IMG/VR virus record: IMGVR_UViG_3300020161_002501
Location: 1 to 36,464 of that record
Source: a virus
Lineage: Duplodnaviria; Caudoviricetes
Direction: 5' to 3' (one strand)
Length of the DNA: 36,464 nucleotides
Shown: positions 16,701 through 25,000 of the stretch, one piece after another
Position numbering within the stretch: position 1 is the stretch's first letter
Layout: every line of letters begins with the position of its first letter
Position numbers and translations under genes: made by a program
Notes under the pieces: generated by a model
The model's database searches: none
The model's input: the letters and a program-made list of their open reading frames with translations, nothing else
What the model was told of the DNA's origin: nothing

Positions 16701-19700
16701 GGGAATAGGAACTACTTTAGTTGGTGGAACATACTTTACTGGAGATTCTATAAATGGATCTTCAGTCATAACAGGTATAGCATCTTCTGAAGGAATTATA
16801 ACTTCAGCATCAAATGTATTCTATGGTCCAAATATTCAAAATAATTCTTCTGTTATCAGTGTAGGAAAAACTTATAGTTATTTTATTGGAAATGTTTCAG
16901 CAGGATCTACTATTATCACCGGAATTGCCAATACTAGCATATTGAAAGTTGGTTCTGGAATATTTTCTGGAAATAATACACAATATGGAACTATAGTTGC
17001 TATTGGCATTAACTCTATAACATCTTCGGTTGCCATTCCTTCAGCAAATAATATTCTCTACTATGCCAATAATTTAAATTATTCGGTAACATTAAATAAT
17101 GTTTCAACAGGAACAACTTTTAGACAAATATATCAAGTTGGAATAATAACTGATATTTGCCCAACAAAGGTTTATGTGAGAAAGTTAGGAGAAAATAATT
17201 TCACCTTAACTGGAACTAAAAATGGTATAGGGTTTACATTTACAAATTATGGATCAGGCAACGTTCATAAATTGGAAATGGAGAAAAAGCTTGAAAAAAC
17301 TGTATTGACTGTTAATGGAGTTATGCAATCTCCATTAACATATACTCCATTATCCAAAACACTGGGTGGTAATATTAATGGTTTAGTTAGCACTGGAACA
17401 ACGTATATTTCATTATCCGGAATATCATCCATTCAACCTATTGATATTCTTAAAGTTAATAATGAATACATGACAGTTATTAGTGTTGGAATTGGAACTA
17501 CACCATCAGGACCAATTACAGGAATAGGAACTGTCCAATTATGTAATGTTAATAGAGGAACTTTAGGTTCAATTGGAAGTACTCATTTAGATGGATCTGA
17601 AGTAAAAATTTATAAAGGTTCTTATAATATTGTAGGTAATAAAATATGGTTCTCTGAAGCTCCAGATGGAAAAGGAAATAATGCTTTGTTTGCTGATAAT
17701 TATTTACCATTACCCAAATCTACTTTTAATGGAAGAGTTTATTTAAGAAAAGATTATACGACCAATAGAATTTATGATGATGTTTCATTACAGTTTAGTG
17801 GAATTGGCAGGACATTTAGTTTGTATAGTGGTGGAAATGTAGTTTCAGATGCTCAACCAGGAAATAATATCTTAATTTTAAATGATATATTCCAAACTCC
17901 AGATACTGCGACTAATACTGGAAATAATTATGAAACTTTAACAAACAATGGAATTTCTAGTATAAGATTCAAAGGCATAACATTACCAAATACAACAGAA
18001 TCATTTACTGTTGATTATGATATAAACCAAAATGATTTGCCAAGAGGAGGAATATTAGTATCATTAGCATTTACTGGTGGATATGGATATGCTCCTTTAC
18101 TTGGTGTTCCTTCTGAAGTTTTAGATATAAGGGTTGGTGCTGGAGGATCTATTTCTAATATTGGATTTACAACTTCAATAATAGTCGGATTGGCAGCAAC
18201 TGGAGTTATTGGAGTAACTACAAATATAATAACTGGTATTAATACCGATAGTATTAAAATTAACCAAAAAGTTATTAATATTTTAAATAAGTATGTTGAT
18301 GAAATTAAATTTGTTCCACAACATGTAAATCTTAAAGTTGCTAATCAAACTGATATTCTTCAATTTGATACTTTAGTATCAGGTATCGGATCTAACTCAA
18401 TATCATTATCAAAAACAACTACAAATACATCGTCTTTAACAACTTCTTTTGGATTTGATTTCGGTGATGAATTTAGAGGATCTGGATACTATAATAATGT
18501 TTCTGTTGCAATTACAGATACTTCTCATGTTGGATCATCTGCTACTATTATTGCATATGTTGGTTCGGGAGGTTCAATAACACAATTTAATATTGTTCAT
18601 CCTGGTAATGGGTATGTTAATCCTCAAGTGTCTATTTCTGATCCTTCATATGAGAATTTAGCAATTGAAGGCATATATAGACCTTCAATTGGGTATGCAA
18701 AAACAACCGGAATAGGACTTTCTTTAACTATAGAAGTTTCTCCATCAGAAAGAACTGGAATTGAATCAACTTCTTCTTATGTTAGTGATTTTAAAATATC
18801 AAAACCAGGATATAATTTTGAATTAGGTGATATATTTACAGTTTCTGGTCTAACTACTGCTAAAGGATTATCAAATCCATTCGAAAAACTTATATTTACA
18901 GTTACAGAAGTTAAAGGGGATACTTTTGCATCCTGGCAAGTTGGTGAATTTGATTTCGTAGATAGTATAAAATCTCTACAAAATGGAATTAGAACAAGAT
19001 TTCCTTTAGTAAGAGATAACAAATTATTAAGTTTTGAGAAGAGTAAAACTGATCCGGCAGCAGCAATAATTGATTTTTCTACTATTTTACTTATTTTTAT
19101 TAATGGTGTTATGCAGGAACCAGGCGCTTCCTATACATATTCAGGAGGAACAACGTTTAAATTTACAGAACCACCTAAATTTGAAGATAACATATCTATA
19201 TTTTTCTACAGAGGAACTAGAGATGTTGATAGTGTTGAAATCACAGTATACCCAACAATTAAACCTGGTGATACCATTCAAATTAAAAAAAATAATTCAT
19301 TACCATTATCTGTAGACCAAGACCAAAGAGTAATTTCTTATATCACTTCTTCTGATACTTTTGAAACTGGAATTTATTTAGGACAGGGAATTGACGAAGT
19401 AAATCCAAAACCAATGGATTTACTTCGTCAGAAAACAGATGTTATAACGAATAATATTTACCAATATAAAGATAGAGATTCTTTAGAATCTCTAGTTTTT
19501 CCAACTGCAAAAATAATAAAATCATTTAGTTCTTCTGATAATGAAATATTTGTAGATAATGCAGAATTTTTTAATTATGAAGAAAATGTTTTAAATTTAA
19601 ATATTCCATCTTTTGACGCTGTAATATTAGATTCTGTAACACAAGTTTCTGCAGCATTGACTGCAACAGTTTCTTCTGCATCTACCATTTCTTCTATTAA

Positions 19701-20445
19701 TATTATTGATGGTGGTAGTGGATATATCGGTATTGGAAGTAGTTTACTGTTAAAAATACATTCAACCTCAGGAGTTACTACTGCCGCAATTGTATATGCA
19801 ACTGTTTCTTCTGCAGGAACGATAACATCACCATTTAATATAATTAATCCTGGTTATGGATATACTGCAAGTAATCCTCCACAAATTATTTCACCTATGC
19901 CATCGTTTAAAAATGAATTAGTTGAAAATATTCAATTTGTTGAAGGATTTGCAGGAATAATAACTGGTATAACTACATGCCCAGGAATTGGCACTGATAT
20001 GGCTATCAAATTCTTTACTTCTTATGATCAAAATTCATTAGTTGAAACGTTAAAGGTTGGATATCCAATTTGTGTTTTTGACACTGCTGTTGGTAATGGA
20101 GTAACTTCTACTAATTCTAATGGATCTTCAATTGTTTCAATTGGAACTACTTATTGCGATAATATATACGAAGTTCACCAAATAGTAGATTTAAGTTTAA
20201 GGGGAGAATTAATATGCAATATTTCAAATAACACTAACATATCAGGAATTAATACTTTTGGATTATCCCAAAAAGGTAAATTCTCCTGGGGTAGGTTTAG
20301 TAACATGAAGAGGTCCTCTTTACCAATTTCTATTGGATTATCCGCATATACTACATCATCCGGATTGACAACGTTCCCATCAATTCAAAGACGTGGATAC
20401 GGATTAAGAGATCTTGGAAGTTTAATAAAAATAGTTGTGGAATGA
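7726..20445 (+). CDS. Giant baseplate wedge initiator / virion structural protein (gp7-like position), 4239 aa
   Basis: Between gp6 and gp8. N-terminal QIPEFI...FL.QYY and FYQSKGT..SIKILFKVLY; DNDYYQNLSYSIKS...LVHPIG motif; many GxGY beta repeats, H-x-F/L-x-x-G repeats and a YHYH-like segment. Confidence 0.8.
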   Translation: MISTNFESRIKINQIIDSQIPEFILEENPKFLEFLRQYYVSQESEGAPTDLIENLDQYLNFDYLNDKIVSSTIYLSSNITSSSKSITVSSTKGFPKKYGLLKIDDEIITYESINNNTFIGCSRGFSAITSFNDPQNPEELIFSSSKASSHNSGADVTNLSSLFLKEFYKKLKYIFAPGFEDFEFSPQLNINNFISKIKSFYQSKGTDESIKILFKVLYNETPKIINLENFLIKPSDAEYLRRSVVVCDLITKNADPFKLVGQQIKSNDGTFSGPISKVDISTKNNKTVYKIHLFYGYGDDDLIEGNFAITPKTKVTDFVQAGSSTITVDSTVGFKNSGKFICDGQEITYQSKSVNQLYGCTGILKSINSGKDLYFKDSVVYGYENGNTSKKVEFIVIGSLYDVEGIENFNLLRSNDLIDLGEFGNDIRFDVENKSIKEYGFNSWIYNVRSSYDVQYFNLGSPILNTYEEAHPSSLKVNDTVDILLKETETAVLTNVVVTSISKTQIILNTPITGILPQQKIAIRRKYNYASSSIVPLKHQSILANVQNTYVYENDMYVASNSLPSRQIVLDIKESSKTISNAQDANEFFDGILGGKYTVLSFTTDVPFLTGDVIKYFHTTSNPINGLQNNSEFYVEVLPQRNKIRLYSAISFLPVQDFLRFDKNTEIGKHRFVLVQHASQIISPTNNLKRIPLNQSFNLGEDEIVTEPGVIGALINGVDIINYKSTDKVYYGPLEKIDVSNPGFNYDVINPPEVVVTSPNTGIGTTAKVKLIVTGEFKEVLVDPQQFGVERIISISAKGGNGKNAVFEPIVKKQYREISFNAQTLDFGGSIDFVNDSFTFKEPHGLNNGQKIVYNSNGNLGIGIGSFGGSNLDSGKYLINGGIYFTKVLNSKSIQIFSTSSDLSSGINTVGITTVNTYGIHKFRLYEPIKVLSYVRVVNPGEGYSYKSLNIESSGISTQTGTITFKEHKFNDGDLINYSYDQQPIVGLSSIKKYYVLKIDNNSFQLSDGGPINEDETKLSKLNYTKRNPISIKSVGNGYHTFSYPEITVKVTAEYSGISSAIQLTPVLRGSVTGAYLYDSGSDYGSTALNLNIKPLISVKKGSGAQLKPLIFNGKIISVQVQNKGSNYNKSIDLEVIGNGLGCKLRAVVVDGLIESVVVLNSGVGYDETTTINISSPGQGVVLIPTVRSLTVNDYYRYPGEFYLENKEKTGLTYGVNGYYSNREGVEFDDPDKNIFHSRIIGWAKDGNPIYGPYGYTDPFNFSSQVIALKTGYELKPSKIKNRPSLDVLPAGFFIEDYEFTNSGNLDEHNGRFTKTPEFPNGVYAYFASTKLDIGTAAKTEIVPEFPYFIGNSFRSKPTDNFILDQNLDLDDTKLLRNTFPYRVNRKNSSNYFLPKNYGLKQKCEIKSVETGSIENITIQTSGTGYSVGDSIIFDNTDTGGSGASAAISNVFNGVDVDSIKTTVTKYDNVVFLWENNNSILVSILPSHDFLNQDYVEISGLSTSSIKGLNGNHQITVDVGSSILLRDLSSANAVGVITDIYLDKPLPNVSIGSSVFIGSEKFIVLNVFDDNILRCQRNQTGISHTSSSTVTEIPSKFRINLNTDNFTSNDKSIVYFNPQLSIGVGTADGLDVLSTQYYGDFIKKVSIPTRSLYLPNHTFETNDVVSLTISPSAGSATITVSNLPNSNQFSIPAETNESIQLYVIKKSKDFIGIVTQVGLTTTSSGLYFISNGSNKYDYKLEKVESSNKVVTGTAAKIKSEIVTSNPHQLKNGETINLEVIPKLNSGGITTSLPLKVKYNENYHKLLVDPVSFSSSGINTSKNTIALPSHKFYTGQKVFYNTTNYVTGGISTGVYYIHKVDSNTINLCETYYDSVSFPVQEIDITNVGGNGQELSLVNPQLISIKNNNLSFNLSDSSLSGYKLNIFYDKKFNKNFVSTGSTSKFNVETSGVTGVNGSLTINYDSSIPPLYYTLTKNGYSIFSNENENDYQIIFTESLYNNKTCVVSGVSNTSFYVSLNNIPETLQYTSEENVSIRYYTNSRSVTGPIRSIKLLSGGSGYTQLPRIVGVDTAFSKRISGNNALISIQSNSIGKFRSIDIPNDGFDYPSDKTLRPSANLNTLLLLTNNEEITEIKVVDGGKNYLSAPNFVLIDTLSRKKVSPGIIELGLNGSSVGFVKIISRPKGLASSTHRLFTLNNSNGITITGVTTTVNGVVHANVRTPAIFGFTTPPFVAGDYVFVEGVQKGPSEDEFGNISFPGDGFNSEDHGYNFFKVVDFINDPGSAVLKYDVSPYTLNPGISVISQTTYSSAINEKNYPTFNITQIKSTFVDGENLYLNETPTQIQIKGLLYNSINVSKTSDSINKFDVIKGSISNSKALVSEVFQYSARFNYSSLSRASVGWVNDTGKLNFDTQSLPDNDYYQNLSYSIKSNIEYDKFSEALNKLVHPIGTKNFGEIGFSSSSKTSIGGTSSLSTVLNLDNENRVDIIKNYDLVVDYDALSGSSSNVRLVNKKLSNYIECKSNRVLQIDDISNSFSSSEFNKDEILESISYDIGEFYSKFLVQVYNVPQTETEQKSFQISDLVVLNDFKNTYTLNKTNLYTNFSLGSFEGSLNNVGDPSLIFTPSDPFNTNYELKIYREYFTLPNVTGFGITDYGFLRLFSEARTVKNQSGFTTSVFRSLSNDYHTIHSSSLIINTSDYSLNYYEVVGTYDGTNTHLAEFYFDSSQYLGGFSGGYIGTFGLTENSGVLSLNFTNNTNDNLVIKSKTVAIGKTSLGEGVHRFLVEDQIPGSEKTCRIESDYLYITGISTIKTFDSSVESGLKSIVRVSIGSTVSVYQILVISDQTYTKLQSDPFITVGSSAGLGTFSTTSDGSLINVIFHPDPNFNSTSLLVQSIDHFIYAETDEFNIPDILSYGPTRERLYVNKYGSINNFGKDRLDFDLNWNRTPIFEKSFNPKNIKQLDTSTGIFSIRNHFFEDNEELTYTPGSTLVGVAASSVGIGTTLVGGTYFTGDSINGSSVITGIASSEGIITSASNVFYGPNIQNNSSVISVGKTYSYFIGNVSAGSTIITGIANTSILKVGSGIFSGNNTQYGTIVAIGINSITSSVAIPSANNILYYANNLNYSVTLNNVSTGTTFRQIYQVGIITDICPTKVYVRKLGENNFTLTGTKNGIGFTFTNYGSGNVHKLEMEKKLEKTVLTVNGVMQSPLTYTPLSKTLGGNINGLVSTGTTYISLSGISSIQPIDILKVNNEYMTVISVGIGTTPSGPITGIGTVQLCNVNRGTLGSIGSTHLDGSEVKIYKGSYNIVGNKIWFSEAPDGKGNNALFADNYLPLPKSTFNGRVYLRKDYTTNRIYDDVSLQFSGIGRTFSLYSGGNVVSDAQPGNNILILNDIFQTPDTATNTGNNYETLTNNGISSIRFKGITLPNTTESFTVDYDINQNDLPRGGILVSLAFTGGYGYAPLLGVPSEVLDIRVGAGGSISNIGFTTSIIVGLAATGVIGVTTNIITGINTDSIKINQKVINILNKYVDEIKFVPQHVNLKVANQTDILQFDTLVSGIGSNSISLSKTTTNTSSLTTSFGFDFGDEFRGSGYYNNVSVAITDTSHVGSSATIIAYVGSGGSITQFNIVHPGNGYVNPQVSISDPSYENLAIEGIYRPSIGYAKTTGIGLSLTIEVSPSERTGIESTSSYVSDFKISKPGYNFELGDIFTVSGLTTAKGLSNPFEKLIFTVTEVKGDTFASWQVGEFDFVDSIKSLQNGIRTRFPLVRDNKLLSFEKSKTDPAAAIIDFSTILLIFINGVMQEPGASYTYSGGTTFKFTEPPKFEDNISIFFYRGTRDVDSVEITVYPTIKPGDTIQIKKNNSLPLSVDQDQRVISYITSSDTFETGIYLGQGIDEVNPKPMDLLRQKTDVITNNIYQYKDRDSLESLVFPTAKIIKSFSSSDNEIFVDNAEFFNYEENVLNLNIPSFDAVILDSVTQVSAALTATVSSASTISSINIIDGGSGYIGIGSSLLLKIHSTSGVTTAAIVYATVSSAGTITSPFNIINPGYGYTASNPPQIISPMPSFKNELVENIQFVEGFAGIITGITTCPGIGTDMAIKFFTSYDQNSLVETLKVGYPICVFDTAVGNGVTSTNSNGSSIVSIGTTYCDNIYEVHQIVDLSLRGELICNISNNTNISGINTFGLSQKGKFSWGRFSNMKRSSLPISIGLSAYTTSSGLTTFPSIQRRGYGLRDLGSLIKIVVE

Positions 20446-20447
20446 CT

Positions 20448-20455
20448 TATAAATA
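20448..20455 (+). promoter_or_regulatory. T4-type late promoter
   Basis: Exact TATAAATA, 25 nt upstream of gp8. Confidence 0.8.
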
Positions 20456-20480
20456 TAGATAAAATAGTATAATATAATAA

Positions 20481-22043
20481 ATGTCGGCAATAGTTACTGA
20501 TCAATTTAGGATATTAAATTCTAAAAATTTTCTAGATTCTGTCAAAGATCCGAATAATTCTTATTATGTATTTTTATCACTACCAAACCCTTCTCAAGTT
20601 GGGTTTGGTAGAACTTCGACTTGGGATTCTTCAATTCCAACTCCAGAAGATAGTTTTAATTACTTAGATCATGTCAAAGATACTATTCTTTTTGGAAAAA
20701 GAATAACTTCAGATAATATCAGAAGATTAATAAAAAAAGTTCAGTGGGAAAAAAATACAATTTATGAAATGTACAGACATGATTATTCTGTACAAAACCC
20801 ATCACCAAAAACAAATTCATATAGATTATATGATTCAAATTATTATGTGATTAATAAAGATTATAGAGTTTATTTGTGTATTGATAACGGTTCAAAATCA
20901 ACAAATAGATTGGGCAACCCATCACAAGACGAACCATCTTTTATAGATTTGGAACCATCTAGAGCAGGTGAAAGTGGAGATGGATATGTTTGGAAATATC
21001 TATTTACAGTATCACCAAGTGATATTATTAAATTCGATTCGATTGAATATATACCAGTTCCTACAGACTGGGAAACTTCAAATGATTCTGATATAAAATC
21101 TATTAGAACTAGTGGAGATTCGTTATTAAACGATAACCAAATAAAAAAAGTATATATAGAAAATCCAGGTTCTGGATATAATTCATCAACAGAATCTTTA
21201 GATATACTTGGAGATGGTGAAGGTGCTAAAGTAATTGTTGATGTTGTAGGGGGAAAAATAAATGATGTTTTAATCTCAAATGGTGGAAAAAATTACACTT
21301 ATGGTAGAGTTGATTTGTCTCCAATAAATCAAGGAGCAACTTCTTTTGCACATTTAATTCCGATTATTCCACCTTCAAGAGGGCATGGGTTTGATATATA
21401 CAAAGAATTGGGATGTGAAAGAATTTTAGTTTATGCTAGATTTGATGATTCTACGAAAGATTTTCCGACTGATATAAAATTTGCACAAATAGGTGTTATT
21501 AAAAATCCAACAGTCGCAGGGTCTGCCTCATCAATATATACTAATAGTACTTTTTCAAACTTATATTCAGTAAAACTAAATTCGAATACAGTTTCATCAC
21601 CAGAATTGGCAACACCCGGAACAAAAGTGTACCAATCAATAACTGGAGTTGGAACTGCAGTAGGATATGTTGCTTCATACGACAATGAAACAAAGGTTTT
21701 AAAATATTTTGTAGACAGATCTTTATATTTTAATGATATTTCATATGATCAAAAAGATTCAAAAAATGTTTTTACACAAAGTAATCCTATAGGATTTTCA
21801 ACTTCAGGAAGTTTAATAACTTCGGCTTCTGGTTTTAGTGCTGCAATAGATCCATCATTCCAAGAAAGTGTGCTAGTTATTTCTAACACAAAATCTATTA
21901 ATCTAAATTCAACCTTTGTTAATGGCATTTCCCAACCAGAAATAAATAAAAGATCTGGTGAAATATTATACATTGACAGTAGACCTATTGTCAACCGAAA
22001 CCCAAAACAAAAAGAAGACATTAAAATCGTACTGGAATTTTAA
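20481..22043 (+). CDS. gp8: Baseplate wedge subunit, T4 gp8-like
   Basis: MSAIVTDQFRI...YRVYLCIDNG...EP...DGYVWKYLF...SGEILYIDSRPI.R...QKEDIKIVLEF. Confidence 0.9.
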   Translation: MSAIVTDQFRILNSKNFLDSVKDPNNSYYVFLSLPNPSQVGFGRTSTWDSSIPTPEDSFNYLDHVKDTILFGKRITSDNIRRLIKKVQWEKNTIYEMYRHDYSVQNPSPKTNSYRLYDSNYYVINKDYRVYLCIDNGSKSTNRLGNPSQDEPSFIDLEPSRAGESGDGYVWKYLFTVSPSDIIKFDSIEYIPVPTDWETSNDSDIKSIRTSGDSLLNDNQIKKVYIENPGSGYNSSTESLDILGDGEGAKVIVDVVGGKINDVLISNGGKNYTYGRVDLSPINQGATSFAHLIPIIPPSRGHGFDIYKELGCERILVYARFDDSTKDFPTDIKFAQIGVIKNPTVAGSASSIYTNSTFSNLYSVKLNSNTVSSPELATPGTKVYQSITGVGTAVGYVASYDNETKVLKYFVDRSLYFNDISYDQKDSKNVFTQSNPIGFSTSGSLITSASGFSAAIDPSFQESVLVISNTKSINLNSTFVNGISQPEINKRSGEILYIDSRPIVNRNPKQKEDIKIVLEF

Positions 22044-22049
22044 ATTAAA

Positions 22050-25000
22050 ATGGCAAAAACAAATTTAAACGTATCACCATATTTTGATGATTTTGATGCA
22101 TCTAAAAACTTTTATAAGGTTTTATTTAAACCAGGATATCCGGTTCAGGCAAGAGAATTAACCACGTTACAATCAATATTACAAGATCAAATAACTTCTC
22201 TAGGAAAAAGCATTTTTAAAGATGGATCAGTTGTTGTCCCTGGAGAAGTTTCTTATGATTCAAATTATTATGCTGTTAAAATAAATCCAATTCATTTAGG
22301 ATTGGATGTAGAGTTTTACTATAAAGAATTAATTGGAAAACGTTTATTAGGAGACATTTCTCAAGTTAGTGCGGTAGTTCAAAATGTTATTTCTAGAAAC
22401 AATTCTATAGATAATTCAACAACATTATATGTAAAATACTTAAGTTCAAATTCAAATAACCAAAACTTAAGTTTTATTGACGGTGAAACTCTAACTACAT
22501 TAGATAACGTTAAATATGGAAATACGACAATAACTTCCGGAAATACTATTGCTTCTCTAGTCGATACGAATTCAACTGCTACTGGATCTGCGGTTTCAAT
22601 TTCTCCTGGGATTTATTTTATAAGAGGTTTATTTGTTACTGTTGATCAAGATACACTTATATTGGATCAATATAGTAATAATCCATCTTATAGAGTTGGT
22701 CTGTCAGTATCTGAAGAGTTTATATCTTCATATGATGATTCTACATTATATGATAATGCTAAAGGATTTACAAATTATTCTGCTCCGGGAGCAGATAGAT
22801 TTAGATTAAAAACAAAACTATCTAAACAACTTTTAACGGATTATCAAGATACTAATTTTATAGAAATATTAAGAATAAGTGATGGTGTAGTTAAAAAGAT
22901 AAAAGAAACTAGTGATTATTCATTAATAAAAGATTATATTGCAAAAAGAACTTATGAACAATCTGGAAACTTTTCATTAAGTCCTTTTTCGGTTTCTGTT
23001 GAAGATTCATTAAATAACTTAACAGATCAAACTGGAATTTTTAAGTCAAATCAAAAGACAGAGCAAAATAATACTCCAAGTGAAGATTTAATTTGTGTTA
23101 AAATTTCTTCAGGAAAAGCTTACGTTAATGGAAATGACATAGAAAAATCTTCAACTACAATATTAGACGCAAGAAAAACAAGAACTGTTAACACAGTACC
23201 AAACTCTCCCGTTTTATTTGAAATGGGAAATTTGATAGTATTAAATAATGTTTCGGGATCTCCTGCAATTGGTTTAAATAATGATTACGAAATTAAACTA
23301 TTTGGTGATAGAAAATCTAGTAATATTTCTGGAGCAGGAACAACAATAGGAAAAGCCAGGGCATATTCATTCTCATTAAGTGATAGTCCATATGAAAATC
23401 AGTCTAGTCGTTGGAATTTATATGTTTATGATTTGCAAACATACACTACATTAACATTAAATACAAATTCTTCGACAGAAATAGTAAAATCTTCGTTTGT
23501 AAAAGGTTTAAGTAGTGGTGCTTCTGGATATGTTGCAGAAAATCCAAATGGTGGAAATATAATACAGTTATACCAAACTTCTGGATCATTTATTAAAAAC
23601 GAACAAATAATTTTTAATAATAATAAAAATTTAATAAGATCTGTAGAAAAAATTAAAATTTACAATCCAAAAGATATAAAGTCAATATATCAAAAAGCTT
23701 CTGATGTTTCTTTAAGTGGATTATCTACTGATTTTTCTGCTGATGTATTTTTGCAAAAAAATACTGCTCAAGGATTTAGTCCTTCAGATACAATAACAAT
23801 TCAAGCAGCAGTTTCTGGAGTTAGTACTGTTACATCAGCTGGACGAATTTTTTCTGGAATAAAAACAGATTCTATTATACGTTATCAAATAACAGGATTT
23901 TCGACAGAAACTTACAATAAAGTTATATCAATAAGTGAAGATGGATTAAGCATGAACGTGGTTGGAGTTACAACAGTACCAAATGTTTGTGTTGGATCTC
24001 TACCATCTGGAAGCTCGGTTTCTTCTCTATTCTCATTAGGAGAATCAACCGTTAAAAATAAAGATAAATCAAATTTATACATTAATCTACCAAATAAAAA
24101 TGTTTCTAGTGTAGATTTGTCTTCATCATCAATAACAATAACAAAACAAATATCTCAAAAAAGTACATCAAGTGTTGGAACACTTTCACTATCTGTTTCT
24201 GGAGATTTTGGAATTAGTAGTGGTTATTTTGAGCCATTTTCTCCAGAAAGATACTCTATTTTTTATGCTGACGGCACAGTAGAAAAATTAACTTCTGATA
24301 AAACACAAATTACTAATAATGGATCTGATATAACTTTTTATGGTTTAAAAACTTCTCAATCTGGAAATGTTTCTGTTGTATGCACAATAACAAAAAATTC
24401 TATACGAAATAAAACAAAACTTTATAAAAAAAGTCAAAAATTATTAATTTCAAAAACATCTCTAGGAATTTCCAATGGAATTAGTGGTTTAACAACCAGT
24501 GTATATTATGGAACAAGAGTAGAAGATGAAGAAATATGTTTAAACGTTCCCGATGTTTCTAAAATTTTAGCAATTTATGAGTCTTCTAACTCGGATTCTC
24601 CAGTTTTAGATAAATTAGTATTTTCTTCACAGTCAATAACTGGAGCAATTGTTGGAGAAAAAATTTATGGATCTGCAAGTGAGTCTGTTGGGCAAATTGT
24701 GGACATTCAAGGCACGGACATAAGTTTTGTTTATTTAAATTCTAATAAATTTCAAACTAATGATATCATAGATTTCGAAGAGTCTAAAATATCATCTTCG
24801 ATTTTAAATATTGTTCCCGGAATTTATATAAACAGAACAAACGACTTTACTTTAGACAAAGGACAAAAAGACCAATACTACGACTATTCAAAGATAGTTA
24901 GAAATTTTGGATTGAATTCACCAGCAAAAAAATTATTAATTATATTTAATTATTTTGAAGTTTCTGAATCTGATTCTGGAGATTTATATACTGCAAATAG

